From contig CAWEZH010000003.1 in the NCBI GenBank assembly GCA_963813535.1, forward strand, positions 384,001 through 448,000: a DNA stretch of 64,000 nucleotides, read 5' to 3'. Made by a program: the position numbers and the translations under genes. The stretch's first letter is position 1, and every line of letters starts with the position of its first letter. Source of the DNA: an uncultured Chloroflexia bacterium (lineage in GTDB: Bacteria; Chloroflexota; Limnocylindria; Limnocylindrales; CSP1-4). This document shows, piece after piece, positions 49,562 through 59,813 of the stretch. The notes beneath the pieces were generated by a model. The model saw only the letters and a program-made list of their open reading frames with translations. It was not told the DNA's origin and searched no databases.

Positions 49562-50971
49562 TCAGGCGACCGACGCCGCGGGTGCGATGTTCTGGTTGAG
49601 CCGGAACAGGTTGGTCGGGTCGTAGCGGCGCTTGACGTCGGCCAGACGTCGATATGTCGCCTGCGGATAGGCCTCGCGGATGCGATCCTCGCCCTCGACC
49701 TCGAGGAAGTTCGAGTAGACACCGGTGGCCCGCGGGCGGAGCGCTTCGAAGTACTCGTGCGTCCAGGCGGCGTGCACGGGCGCTTCCGCCAGATCCTCGA
49801 ACGGGGTGATGATCACCACCATCACCTTGGCATCGCGATGGGCGAAGGCCGTGGCCTCCGCCGGGACCCGGGCCAGCGCGCCACCGAGGATGCGGATCTG
49901 CGTCATCGCCGCCGGTGAGCTCGGCGCGGCCATGTATTCGAGGATGGTGTCGACCGCGTCGTCGTCGAGCGAGTCGAGGAACAGCGAGCGGTGCGAGGCC
50001 GGGGTCCGCTGCTCGGCATCCTTGAGCATCTCGTAGATACCGACGTAGGGCATCGGCATGACCAGCTCCGCCATCGGCGTCGCCAATGCGCGGAACGGCG
50101 CGAGTGCCGTCTGGCCCGCCTCGGGATCGCCGTCGTAGACGAACATCACCGCGAGCGTCATCTGGCCGTGGATCGCCTCGGGGATGAACGGCGCCGGCGG
50201 GGCCGGCATCAGGAACGAGATGGTCGTGAGCGCCTCGGGTGCGTTCGCGGCGGCCGACTCGAGACCGCGCAGGACCTCGGGCGTCGGCGGCATGAAGAGG
50301 GCTCCACCGAGGACGGTCGAGACCGGATACAGCCGGAACTGGAAGCGCGTGACGACGCCGAAGTTCCCGCCGCCACCGCGGACGGCCCAGAACAGGTCGG
50401 GGTGCTCGGTCGCACTGGCGATGACGATGCGGCCGTCGGCCGTGACGATCTCGACCGACACCAGCGCATCGATCGCGAGGCCGTACTTGCGGACCAGCCA
50501 GCCGATGCCGCCGCCGAGCGTCAGACCGGCGATCCCGACGCTGCCGGTGTCGCCGAACGGCGTTGCCAGCCCATGCGCCGCGGCCGCAGCGGTATATTCG
50601 CCGGCGCGCAGGCCTGCCTGGGCCCAGGCGAGGCGCCGAGCCGGATCGATGTGGAGACCCTTCATCTGGCCAAGGTCGAGAACGATGCCGCCCTCGCTGG
50701 TGCCGTACCCGGCGAGGCTGTGAGCGCCGCCACGGACGGCCAGCTCGAGGCCGGTCTCACGCGCGAAGACGACGGTCCGCGCGACGTCGGCAGCCGAGAC
50801 CGCCTGGACGATGCACAGCGGGCGTCGATCGATCGTGGCGTTGTGGACCTCCCGAGCCTGGTCGTAGCCCTCGTCCTCGGGACGGATGACGGTGCCGCTG
50901 ATGCCGGCGGCGAAGGCCGCCAGATCATAGGGACCGGAGACGTCGAAAGCGGGGATGCGGGCGAGGGCCAT
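49562..50971 (-). CDS. FAD-binding oxidoreductase (BBE-like)
   Basis: VRGGAHS, VGIAGLTLGGG, DLFWAVRGGGGNFGVVT, KRRYDPTNLFRLNQNI; SD GAAAGGA. Confidence 0.92.
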   Translation of the reverse strand: MALARIPAFDVSGPYDLAAFAAGISGTVIRPEDEGYDQAREVHNATIDRRPLCIVQAVSAADVARTVVFARETGLELAVRGGAHSLAGYGTSEGGIVLDLGQMKGLHIDPARRLAWAQAGLRAGEYTAAAAAHGLATPFGDTGSVGIAGLTLGGGIGWLVRKYGLAIDALVSVEIVTADGRIVIASATEHPDLFWAVRGGGGNFGVVTRFQFRLYPVSTVLGGALFMPPTPEVLRGLESAAANAPEALTTISFLMPAPPAPFIPEAIHGQMTLAVMFVYDGDPEAGQTALAPFRALATPMAELVMPMPYVGIYEMLKDAEQRTPASHRSLFLDSLDDDAVDTILEYMAAPSSPAAMTQIRILGGALARVPAEATAFAHRDAKVMVVIITPFEDLAEAPVHAAWTHEYFEALRPRATGVYSNFLEVEGEDRIREAYPQATYRRLADVKRRYDPTNLFRLNQNIAPAASVA

Positions 50972-51173
50972 CGTGGAGATCCTTTCGCTGGCGTATGGGA
51001 GCTGGGGGTACCGCGATGTTCCATCCCCACGGTGGGGCGTCGATGCGGGCAAGGGTCGTCGCGCGCACCCCGACGGATGTCGACCCGGATGCGACGGATG
51101 ACGATGCTCGGACTCACGCGGGCCGCGGCCGCTGAATCGGCCGTCCCGGCCGTGATGGGGCACACTCGTGGGG

Positions 51174-51914
51174 ATGACCGACCGCGACGAGACCCAGCGG
51201 ACCAGCGGCCCGGCCCGACGCCCGAAAGTGGACGCGGTCGGGCGGATGGAGCGCGTCGCGCGGCCGGCGCGGGACGCACTTGCCACACTCACGGACGGCG
51301 TGGCGGCCGCCGCAGAACCACTCGTCGAGCGTGTCGGCCAGGCCGTCGAGGGGGTCGAGCGGACGTTCGCCGAGAGGCCGGGCGCGCGCGTTCGACGCGT
51401 CCGGCGTCGTGGCGCGGACCCGCTGCCGTACCTCGAGGACGTCCACCCCGACGTCCGGATGGCCCGACCCGTCCAGGTCGGCCTGCGGACGATCCCCGTC
51501 GACGAGATCGCCGGCACCGCGGTCGGGGGCGGCGATCAGCGGGGCGGGGATTTCCTCCCGCTCAAGCCGTTCCGTGGCGGCAACTGGACGGGTCGCTGGC
51601 AGCGCCTCAACCGCGCCCAGGACGCGCTCGCGATCCTCCCGCCCATCGAGGTCGTGAAGCACGGTGGTCGGTATTGGGTCATCGACGGCCACAATCGGGT
51701 CGCGCTCGCGCTGTACAGCGGCCAGCCTGAGGTCGACGCCTCGATCGTCGAGCTCGTCAAGCCGGGCGAGCGCCGCAGCGAGCCGGTCCTCGACCTCGCA
51801 CCGACCCTCTCGGGGTCGCGAACGTTGCGCACCCGCGGCGAGGGGCGTGCCGCCAGCGAGGCGCTCGCCCACGAGGATCGAGTCGGTCCCGACTCGACCA
51901 GGGACCGCGCATGA
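51174..51914 (+). CDS. ParB/Sulfiredoxin-like N-terminal domain protein
   Basis: GLRTIPVDEIAGT, LPPIEVVKHGGRYWVIDGHNRV; no HTH domain. Confidence 0.75.
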   Translation: MTDRDETQRTSGPARRPKVDAVGRMERVARPARDALATLTDGVAAAAEPLVERVGQAVEGVERTFAERPGARVRRVRRRGADPLPYLEDVHPDVRMARPVQVGLRTIPVDEIAGTAVGGGDQRGGDFLPLKPFRGGNWTGRWQRLNRAQDALAILPPIEVVKHGGRYWVIDGHNRVALALYSGQPEVDASIVELVKPGERRSEPVLDLAPTLSGSRTLRTRGEGRAASEALAHEDRVGPDSTRDRA

Positions 51915-52615
51915 CCCGGCGGCTGACCGTCGAATGGCCCGATCCCCGACCCTTCGTGGACCGTGGTGGGGCACCGATCCGCCTGCTGGCGGCGTCGGAT
52001 ATGGTCGATCCTACGCTGGATCATCCGACGAATCGCGCGCAGCTCGGCCACATCGACGCGATCATCGGCTGTGGCGACCTCGAGCCCGATTACCTCGGGT
52101 TCCTCGCCGACGCATTTTCGGCGCCGATCGCCTACGTCCGTGGCAACCATGACCGCGGCGGGCCATGGGCGGGCTCCCCGACACCGGCGCCGATCCCCCT
52201 CACCAGCGGGCGCCTGACCGATGTCGGCGGCATCACGGTCGTCCCGCTCGAGTGGCCGGGGCTCGGTCACGACCAGGCGCCGCGCGACGAGTTGCGCGCG
52301 TGGCTCGACGTCATGCGGGCCGAAGTGGGTCTGCTGCGCCGTGGTCCGCGAAGCCGGGCAACGCCGATCCTCGTCGTCAGCCACGCGCCACCCCGTGGCA
52401 TCGGCGACACGGCCGCTGACCCGTATCACGTCGGGTATGCGGGTTATCGCTGGCTCCTGGAACGACATCACCCGCCCTTGTGGCTGCACGGCCACACGAC
52501 GATGGCGAGCGTCCAGGACTGGCGTGACCGCCTTGGCCCGTCGACCGTGGCGAACGTGACCGGCTCGACGCTCGTCGAGCTCGTGCCGCCCGCCGCGGAG
52601 CGCGCGGCCGCCTAG
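51911..52615 (+). CDS. Calcineurin-like metallophosphoesterase
   Basis: ASD, GCGDL, VRGNHD, SHAPP, LHGH; ATGA overlap with upstream gene. Confidence 0.88.
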   Translation: MTRRLTVEWPDPRPFVDRGGAPIRLLAASDMVDPTLDHPTNRAQLGHIDAIIGCGDLEPDYLGFLADAFSAPIAYVRGNHDRGGPWAGSPTPAPIPLTSGRLTDVGGITVVPLEWPGLGHDQAPRDELRAWLDVMRAEVGLLRRGPRSRATPILVVSHAPPRGIGDTAADPYHVGYAGYRWLLERHHPPLWLHGHTTMASVQDWRDRLGPSTVANVTGSTLVELVPPAAERAAA

Positions 52616-52627
52616 GGCTGGGCGACG

Positions 52628-53050
52628 ATGGTCGACACGCTGATGGCACGGCGCTTCCCGATCGAGCTCGGCAGGCGGTCCCGTCCGCTCCTGCGCCTGC
52701 TGTTCCGGGTGAGGCCCGAGACCGCGTACGTCGACCTGGGTGAGGAGCTCGACGCGCGGTTCGGCTTCGGCCACCTGCGAACGCGCGTCGAGAACATCGC
52801 CTCGTGGCGGATCGAGGGCCCGTGGCTCTGGATCACGGCGATCGGCATCCGCCGAAGCATCCGCCACGGGGACATCACCTTTGCCGGGACACCCAAGGGC
52901 GGCGTTCGCGTCGACTTCCGAGAGCCGGTGAAGACAATGGGCTTCCGTGTGCCGGCGCTGTACGTCAGCGTGGAGGATCTGCAGGGATTGGCGGCAGCAC
53001 TGGCCGAGCGGGGCATCCCCGGCGAGGACGCTCGCCGCGGGCGGTCGTAG
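52628..53050 (+). CDS. Hypothetical protein (possible bacterial PH-like fold)
   Basis: Typical codon usage; LDARFG, LYVSVED pattern. Confidence 0.65.
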   Translation: MVDTLMARRFPIELGRRSRPLLRLLFRVRPETAYVDLGEELDARFGFGHLRTRVENIASWRIEGPWLWITAIGIRRSIRHGDITFAGTPKGGVRVDFREPVKTMGFRVPALYVSVEDLQGLAAALAERGIPGEDARRGRS

Positions 53051-53119
53051 GTCCGCCCCCACCGGGGCGGCCGCAACGACGCGATGGCGAACGGCGTGAG
53101 CGTCTAGCATCGCCGCCAC

Positions 53120-54826
53120 ATGGCACCGCCCAGCTTCGACTACATCATCGTCGGGGGCGGGTCGGCCGGATCCGTGCTGGCCAACCGCCTGACCGAGGAC
53201 CCGCACACGCGCGTGCTGGTCCTCGAGGCTGGCCGGTCCGACTGGCGCATCGATCCGTTCATCCACATGCCGGCCGCGCTGACGTTCCCGATCGGCAGCC
53301 CCTACTACGACTGGCAGTACGAGTCGGAGCCCGAGCCGTACATGGACGGCAGACGCATCTACCACGCACGCGGCAAGGTCCTCGGCGGCAGCAGCAGCAT
53401 CAACGGCCAGATCTTCCAGCGCGGCAACCCGCTCGACTACGAGCGGTGGGCGGCCGATCCGGGCATGGAGACGTGGGACTACGCCCATTGCCTCCCCTAC
53501 TTCAAGCGGATGGAAACGGCGCTGGCGGCCGAGCCCGACGATCCATGGCGAGGGCACGACGGGCCACTGGTCGTGGAACGGGGCCCGGCCACGAGCCCGC
53601 TGTTCCGGGCCTTCTTCGAGGCCGCCCAGGAGGCTGGCTATCCGCTGAGCGACGACGTGAACGGCTATCGCCAGGAAGGATTCGCGCCGTTCGACCGGAA
53701 CATCCATCAGGGCCGCCGCCTGAGTGCCGCACGCGCCTACCTGCACCCGATCCTTCGTGCGCGGGCGAATCTCGCGGTGTGGACGCGCCGGTTCGTGACC
53801 CGGCTGCTGTTCGACGGATCGCGGGCGGTCGGAGTGGAGGTCGCACGCGGCACGGGCAGCAGCGGCGTCGAGCGGCTGCTGGCCGGCGAGGTGATCCTCG
53901 CCGGCGGCTCGATCAACAGCCCGCAACTCCTGATGCTGTCCGGGATCGGTCCGGCGGACGAGCTCGAGGCGCTCGGGATCCCGGTCCTCGCGGATCGGCC
54001 CGGCGTCGGCCAGAACCTGCAGGACCACCTCGAGGTCTATGTCCAGTACCAGAGCCTGCGACCGGTCTCGATGCAGCCATCGGCGACGCAGCTCTGGCGA
54101 CGGCCGTTCATCGGAGCGCGATGGATGTTCCTGCGCTCAGGCCCAGGCGCGACGAACCACTTCGAGGGCGGCGGCTTCGTCAGATCGAATGACGACGTCG
54201 CGTATCCGAACCTGATGTTCCACTTCCTGCCCCTGGCCATCCGCTATGACGGGACGGCCGGCGCCAAGGGGCACGGCTACCAGGTCCACGTCGGGCCGAT
54301 GTACTCCGACGCGCGCGGGACGTTGTCGCTGCGGAATACCGATCCGCGCGAGCATCCACAGCTGCGCTTCAACTACCTCTCGACCGACCAGGACCGGCGC
54401 GAATGGGTCGAGGCGGTTCACGTCGCACGACACATCCTGAACCAGCCGGCGATGGACGAGTACAACGGCGGCGAGACGTCACCCGGTCCCTCGGTGTCGA
54501 CCGATGCACAGATCCTCGAGTGGGTCGCTCGCGACGCCGAGACGGCGCTCCACCCGTCGTGCACGGCGCGCATGGGCGTCGATGAGCTGTCCGTGCTCGA
54601 TCCGCTGACGTTGCGGGTGTACGGAGTGGACGGACTGCGCGTGGTCGATGCGTCGGCCATGCCCTACGTCACCAACGCCAACATCTACGCGCCGGTGATG
54701 ATGCTCGCCGAGAGGGCCGCCGACCTCATCAAGGGCGACACGGAGCTTCCGCCGGAACCGCTCGAGTTCTACCGCCATGGGGTGTCACCGCCGCCCCCGA
54801 TCCGTACCGAGGCGGCTGTCGGCTAG
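53120..54826 (+). CDS. betA: Choline dehydrogenase (GMC oxidoreductase)
   Basis: [47 protein letters not shown]. Confidence 0.9.
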   Translation: MAPPSFDYIIVGGGSAGSVLANRLTEDPHTRVLVLEAGRSDWRIDPFIHMPAALTFPIGSPYYDWQYESEPEPYMDGRRIYHARGKVLGGSSSINGQIFQRGNPLDYERWAADPGMETWDYAHCLPYFKRMETALAAEPDDPWRGHDGPLVVERGPATSPLFRAFFEAAQEAGYPLSDDVNGYRQEGFAPFDRNIHQGRRLSAARAYLHPILRARANLAVWTRRFVTRLLFDGSRAVGVEVARGTGSSGVERLLAGEVILAGGSINSPQLLMLSGIGPADELEALGIPVLADRPGVGQNLQDHLEVYVQYQSLRPVSMQPSATQLWRRPFIGARWMFLRSGPGATNHFEGGGFVRSNDDVAYPNLMFHFLPLAIRYDGTAGAKGHGYQVHVGPMYSDARGTLSLRNTDPREHPQLRFNYLSTDQDRREWVEAVHVARHILNQPAMDEYNGGETSPGPSVSTDAQILEWVARDAETALHPSCTARMGVDELSVLDPLTLRVYGVDGLRVVDASAMPYVTNANIYAPVMMLAERAADLIKGDTELPPEPLEFYRHGVSPPPPIRTEAAVG

Positions 54827-55025
54827 CCGGTAGGGGTAGGCCCGGTCAAGGTCATTCCAGCGATGCGTCTGGGGGCCGGAGTAGGGGTGTGCCCCAATGG
54901 TCACGGTTGACGGGTCGTCGCGACCCGGCCCAGACTTTCCCCACTGCGGCCGCTGCGCGAGACGACCGGCCCGACGACATCCACGGGCGGTGATCGCGCA
55001 TCGTAGGCCGATCGGAGGAGGCCCC

Positions 55026-56543
55026 ATGCGCAAATTCTTCGCGCCCCTCGTCGCCCTGACACTGGTCCTGGCACTGGCTGGTCCGGCGTCCGCCGTCGAC
55101 GACATCGACAGCTCGAAACTCCGCCAGGCAGTGACGGTCGGCGGGATCCTCGCCCATGAGCGGGTGTTCCAGCGGATCGCAAACCAGAACGACGGCACGC
55201 GCGCGTCCGGTACGCCCGGCTACGACGCCTCGGCCGCGTACGTCAAGAAGGCCCTCAAGAAGGCCGGCTACAAGGTGACCGAGCAGGCGTTCACGTTCCC
55301 GTTCTTCCGGGAAGTCGCCCCGGCCGAGCTCGAACAAGTGACGCCGACGGCCACCCCGTATGAGACCGGCACGTTCGACTTCTCGGGCAGCGGCGATGTC
55401 ACAGGGCAGCTCGTCCCGATCGACGTCGTGATCCCGCCGACACCGGAACCGTCGTCGACCTCGGGTTGCGAGGCGGCGGATTTCCCGCCGGCGTCCGCCA
55501 CCGAACCGCAGGTCGCACTGATCCAGCGCGGCACATGCTTCTTCGAGGACAAGGCGAAGAATGCGGAGGCGGCCGGCTACGACGCGGCGATCATCTTCAA
55601 CGAGGGCCAGCCGGGCCGCGACGAGCTCTTCATCGGGACCCTCGGCGTGCCGGTCGGCATCCCGGTGGTCGGGCTTAGCTTTGCCGACGCCGCCGCGCTG
55701 TATGCACAGACGCAGGCCGGGCCAGTCGTCGTCCACGTGGCGACGACGACCGAGGTCAACCTCGACGCCCAGACCACCAACATCATCGCCGACTCGCCCG
55801 GCGGCGATGCCAACAAGGTGCTGGTCGTCGGCGCCCACCTCGACTCGGTGGTGCCCGGCCCCGGCATCAACGACAACGGCAGCGGCGCCTCCACGATCCT
55901 CGAGATCGCCGAGGAGATGTCGGAGCTGAAGATCAAGCCGCGCCAGAAGGTGCGCTTCGCGTTCTGGGGTGCGGAGGAATCCGGCCTTCTCGGGTCCGAG
56001 CACTACGTGAACAGTCTCAGCGACGCCAACCTGGCGAAGATCTTCGCGAACCTGAACTTCGACATGGTCGGCTCACCGAACTACGTTCGCTTCGTCTATG
56101 ACGGCGACGGCTCGGACACGCCGGATGCGGGACCGCCCGGCTCGGCCGAGATCGAGGAGGTGTTCACCTCCTACTTCGCGTCCCAGGGCCTGGCGTCCGC
56201 ACCGACCGCCTTCGACGGACGATCCGACTACGGACCGTTCATCGCCGTGGGTATCCCGGCCGGCGGCCTGTTCAGTGGCGCCGAAGGCATCAAGACGGCC
56301 GAGGAAGCGGCCGTGTACGGCGGTACCGCCGGCGTGGCGTACGACGTCTGCTATCACCAGGCGTGCGACACGATCAACAACGTCAACACCGACGCCCTTT
56401 TCGAGCTTGGCGATGCGGCGGCCGACGCCGTCCTGACCCTGGCCCGCACCAAGTCCGGGTTCTTCCCTGACGGCAGCCTCCGGCAGACCGCCCGGGCCGC
56501 CGCCCAGGACGCCGATTTCAAGGGGCACAGCGCGATCCGCTGA
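55026..56543 (+). CDS. Secreted M28 aminopeptidase with PA domain
   Basis: Signal peptide, LIQRGTC, GAHLDSV, GINDNGSG, GAEE, NFDM, GRSDY, CYH..CD. Confidence 0.92.
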   Translation: MRKFFAPLVALTLVLALAGPASAVDDIDSSKLRQAVTVGGILAHERVFQRIANQNDGTRASGTPGYDASAAYVKKALKKAGYKVTEQAFTFPFFREVAPAELEQVTPTATPYETGTFDFSGSGDVTGQLVPIDVVIPPTPEPSSTSGCEAADFPPASATEPQVALIQRGTCFFEDKAKNAEAAGYDAAIIFNEGQPGRDELFIGTLGVPVGIPVVGLSFADAAALYAQTQAGPVVVHVATTTEVNLDAQTTNIIADSPGGDANKVLVVGAHLDSVVPGPGINDNGSGASTILEIAEEMSELKIKPRQKVRFAFWGAEESGLLGSEHYVNSLSDANLAKIFANLNFDMVGSPNYVRFVYDGDGSDTPDAGPPGSAEIEEVFTSYFASQGLASAPTAFDGRSDYGPFIAVGIPAGGLFSGAEGIKTAEEAAVYGGTAGVAYDVCYHQACDTINNVNTDALFELGDAAADAVLTLARTKSGFFPDGSLRQTARAAAQDADFKGHSAIR

Positions 56544-56567
56544 CAGCGCCCTGACCGCGTACATAGC

Positions 56568-56598
56568 AACGGCCCCGTCGCACCGCGACGGGGCCGTT
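56568..56598. terminator. Probable bidirectional terminator hairpin
   Basis: AACGGCCCCGTCGC-ACC-GCGACGGGGCCGTT between convergent genes. Confidence 0.7.
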
Positions 56599-56626
56599 CA
56601 CATGCCGTGGGGGGTTGCGTCCCGCG

Positions 56627-57037
56627 CTAGATGCCGCCGGTGCCGGGATCGGCCTCGCCGAACGCGACCTTGACGTCATCGGAGCTCAGATACCACAGGA
56701 TGAGCGCCGGCATGAGGACCATCGCCAGACCGACACCCGTACCCGGGAACTGGAAGAACGCAAGGACGGCCTCGAAGACGCCGATGCCGGCGATGACCTG
56801 GGCGAACAGCCGGGCCCACGGCTGCAGCGACCAGAGACCGAAGGCCGCGGCGAGCCAGAGGATCCCGGTCAAGATGGCAAGCCAGCCCCAGAGCCCGACC
56901 GACTCGTAGGCGGGCAATTCGCCGAGCACGCCGAACCAGTCGAAGCCGAGGACCCTGAGGCCGAAGAACAGGTAGCCGAATCCCGCCAGGACTCCGAAGA
57001 AGCCAATGACCGATATGAGAATGGGCGGATTCTTCAT
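56627..57037 (-). CDS. Small 4-TM hypothetical membrane protein
   Basis: GLWSLQPWAR, ILWYL...DVK.AF pattern. Confidence 0.75.
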   Translation of the reverse strand: MKNPPILISVIGFFGVLAGFGYLFFGLRVLGFDWFGVLGELPAYESVGLWGWLAILTGILWLAAAFGLWSLQPWARLFAQVIAGIGVFEAVLAFFQFPGTGVGLAMVLMPALILWYLSSDDVKVAFGEADPGTGGI

Positions 57038-57132
57038 GGGGGTGAATCCCTCAAGCGCGGCCAGCGCGCACGCCGTGGCGGCGAACGAACACCAGCATCC
57101 ATCTCCGCCTCCCTCGGCGGACGGGGCCAATA

Positions 57133-58362
57133 CTAGACACCGGGGGAAGCCCGGAACAAGCGGATCTGCTCAGGGCCGAGTTCCGCGATGCTTCGCGACC
57201 CGAGAAGCTGCATCGTTCGGACCAGTTCTGTTCGCAGGAGCTCGCCCGCTCGCGCTACACCGCGCTCGCCGCCGGCCATCAGGCCGTACAGGTAGGCCCG
57301 GCCGACCAGGGCGGCACGCGCTCCGCACGCAACCGCCGCGACCACATCGGCTCCGCTCAGGATCCCACCGTCGACGTAGACCTCGGCCCGATCCCCGATT
57401 GCAGCCACGATCGAGGGCAGCTGCTCCAACGGTGTGGGAGCACGATCCAGCTGTCTGCCGCCATGGTTCGAGACGACGACGCCGTCAGCACCGGCGTCCA
57501 CGACCATGCGCGCATCGTCGACCGTCTGGACACCCTTGACGACGATCGGCCCGTCCCAGTCGGCGCGGATCCAGCCGAGGTCGGCGATGGTGATCGTGGG
57601 GTCGAACACCCGGTTGATCAAGTCCGCGACCGTGCCTTCGGTCTCCGTGAAGACGGCGAATCGCAACGGTTCCGTCGTGAGCAGGTTGAACCACCACCCT
57701 GGGTGGAGGGCGATGTCGAGGACGGTCCTCGGCGACAGCGTCGGGGGGATGGTGAAGCCGTTGTGGACGTCGCGGATCCTCGCGCCGGCGACAGGCGTGT
57801 CGACGGTGAGGACCAGGGTGCTGAACCCGGCCACCCGGGCGCGGCGAACGAGCTCTCGCACGGCCGTTCGATCGTTCCAGATGTAAAGCTGGAACCAGCG
57901 GTTCGTGTCGGGCGCCGCGGCGGCGAGATCCTCCGGTGACGTGGTCCCGAGCGTCGACAGCGCGTATGGGATGCCGAGGCGGGCCGCCACCCGTGCCACG
58001 GCGCTCTCCCCATCGTGGTGCATGAGGCGCGTGAACCCGGTCGGCGCGAAGACGATCGGCAACGTCGAGGGTCGACCGAGGATCGTCGTGGACGTGTCGA
58101 CCTTCGATACATCGCGCAGGACGTGTGGTACGAATTCGACGCGCGCGTAGGCCTCGCGGGAGCGGCGCAGGCTCGTCTCGGTCTCGGCGGCGCCGTCGGT
58201 GTAGTCGAAGACCGCCCGGGGCACGTGTCGTCGTGCGATCGACCGGAGATCCCAGATGGTCGCCGCCGACGCGAGCCGACGTTCGACCGGTGAGAGACGG
58301 ATCGGCCCGGTCCGCAGATACGGACGAAGCTCGTGCCAGCGTGGGACCCGTCGTCGGACCAT
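57133..58362 (-). CDS. lldD: FMN-dependent alpha-hydroxy acid dehydrogenase (L-lactate dehydrogenase-like)
   Basis: FDYTDGAA, WFQLY, LTVDTPV, SNHGGRQLD, DGGI, VGRAYLY. Confidence 0.88.
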   Translation of the reverse strand: MVRRRVPRWHELRPYLRTGPIRLSPVERRLASAATIWDLRSIARRHVPRAVFDYTDGAAETETSLRRSREAYARVEFVPHVLRDVSKVDTSTTILGRPSTLPIVFAPTGFTRLMHHDGESAVARVAARLGIPYALSTLGTTSPEDLAAAAPDTNRWFQLYIWNDRTAVRELVRRARVAGFSTLVLTVDTPVAGARIRDVHNGFTIPPTLSPRTVLDIALHPGWWFNLLTTEPLRFAVFTETEGTVADLINRVFDPTITIADLGWIRADWDGPIVVKGVQTVDDARMVVDAGADGVVVSNHGGRQLDRAPTPLEQLPSIVAAIGDRAEVYVDGGILSGADVVAAVACGARAALVGRAYLYGLMAGGERGVARAGELLRTELVRTMQLLGSRSIAELGPEQIRLFRASPGV

Positions 58363-58367
58363 GACGG

Positions 58368-59813
58368 TCAGTGGGCGACGCTGGCGGATCCCCGCACGGG
58401 CATGTACGTGCGGAGTTCGTGGGTCCCTCGGACGAGCGCGCGCATCGTCTCGAGACCGCCCGCCAGGAAACCTCGCGAGCGGGCTTGGACCAGGACGTTG
58501 CCGATCGCGGTCGCCTCGACCGGGCCGGCGATGACCGGCAGGCCGCAAGCGTCGGCCGTGAGCTGACAGAGCGGCTCGTTCAACGATCCACCGCCGACGA
58601 CGTGCACCGCGGTCACCTCCTGGCCGGAGACTCGCTGGGCATCGGCGATCGCCTGTGCGTACGCCTGCGCGAGGCTGTCCAGGATGCACCGCACCAGGGC
58701 GGGCCGGGACGCAGGCACGGGCTGGTCCGTTCGTCGGCAGGCGTCCTCGATACGCGTCGGCATCTCTCCGGGCGCGAGGAACGCTTTGTCATCGGGGTCG
58801 ATGACGGGACCGCCGCGCGGCAACGCTGCCGCCGCGGCCAGCAGCCCATCAAGGTCGTCCGGGGAGCCTGATCGGTCCCAGGCGCGGAGCGATTCCTGGA
58901 GTAGCCACAGGCCCATCACGTTGCGGAGGAACCGGATGCGCCCGTCGACACCACCCTCGTTGGTGAAGTTCGCGGCCCGGCTCGCCTCCGACAGGATCGG
59001 CTGGTCGAGCTCCAGGCCGACGAGCGACCACGTGCCGCTCGAAATGTAGGCGAACCGATCGTCCGACGCCGGCACAGCGACGACGGCAGAGGCGGTGTCG
59101 TGCGAGCCGACGAGGCTGACGGTCATCAGCTCCGAGACTCCGGTCGATGCCGCGACCTCCGGTCGGATCCGACCGAGGTCGTCACCGGGGTCCCGAAGCG
59201 GTGGGAACAGCGCACGCGGGAGCTCGAGGTCGTCCATCAGGTCCCACGCCCATTCGCGTGTCCTGGGGTCGACCAGTCCCGTGGTCGAGGCGTTCGTCCT
59301 CTCTGCGGCCATGACCCCGGTGAGCCAATAGCCGAACAGATCGGGCATCAACAGGAACGTCCGGGCGACGGCGAACGAGGGCGATCCACGAGCCGCTGCG
59401 AGCTGATACAGGGTGTTGAACGGCAGGAATTGAAGGCCGTTCCTCGGATACAGGACATCGTGCGGCGTCCGGGCATGGACGGCCTCGACTCCGCGGTCAT
59501 GCCGGGGGTCGCGATAGTGCGCGGGCGCCCCGACGAGCGACCCGTCGGCATCGAGGAGACCGCCGTCGACGCCCCACGTGTCCACGCCGACGCTGGCCGG
59601 AGTCGCGCCGCCGCGGGCGGCGATCCGGAGGCCGGTGAGGATCTCCTGGTACTGGCCGAGAGCATCCCAGCGAAGGCCCTCGGGCAGCTCGACTGGATCG
59701 TTCCGGAACCGGTGGATCTCGTCCAACCGGAGCATGTCCGGACCGACGTAACCGAGGATGACTCGCCCGCTCGAGGCTCCGAGATCGACCGCGGCCACGG
59801 ATCCTGATATCAC
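58368..59813 (-). CDS. rhaB: Rhamnulokinase
   Basis: DLGASSGR, FNTLYQL, GSHDTASAV, SSGTWSL, RFLRNVMGLW, GPVEATAIGN. Confidence 0.92.
   Translation of the reverse strand: MISGSVAAVDLGASSGRVILGYVGPDMLRLDEIHRFRNDPVELPEGLRWDALGQYQEILTGLRIAARGGATPASVGVDTWGVDGGLLDADGSLVGAPAHYRDPRHDRGVEAVHARTPHDVLYPRNGLQFLPFNTLYQLAAARGSPSFAVARTFLLMPDLFGYWLTGVMAAERTNASTTGLVDPRTREWAWDLMDDLELPRALFPPLRDPGDDLGRIRPEVAASTGVSELMTVSLVGSHDTASAVVAVPASDDRFAYISSGTWSLVGLELDQPILSEASRAANFTNEGGVDGRIRFLRNVMGLWLLQESLRAWDRSGSPDDLDGLLAAAAALPRGGPVIDPDDKAFLAPGEMPTRIEDACRRTDQPVPASRPALVRCILDSLAQAYAQAIADAQRVSGQEVTAVHVVGGGSLNEPLCQLTADACGLPVIAGPVEATAIGNVLVQARSRGFLAGGLETMRALVRGTHELRTYMPVRGSASVAH

Noticed and set aside
28294-51106. Shared 14-mer GACGGATGACGATG at 28294 and 51093
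   Set aside because: Only two copies; a match of this length is plausible by chance in GC-rich DNA.
7045-54028. Long antisense or alternate-frame ORFs (e.g. 7045-8850, 29771-31804, 44780-47380, 51536-54028)
   Set aside because: Shadow ORFs of high-GC coding DNA, overlapping well-supported genes and lacking motifs.
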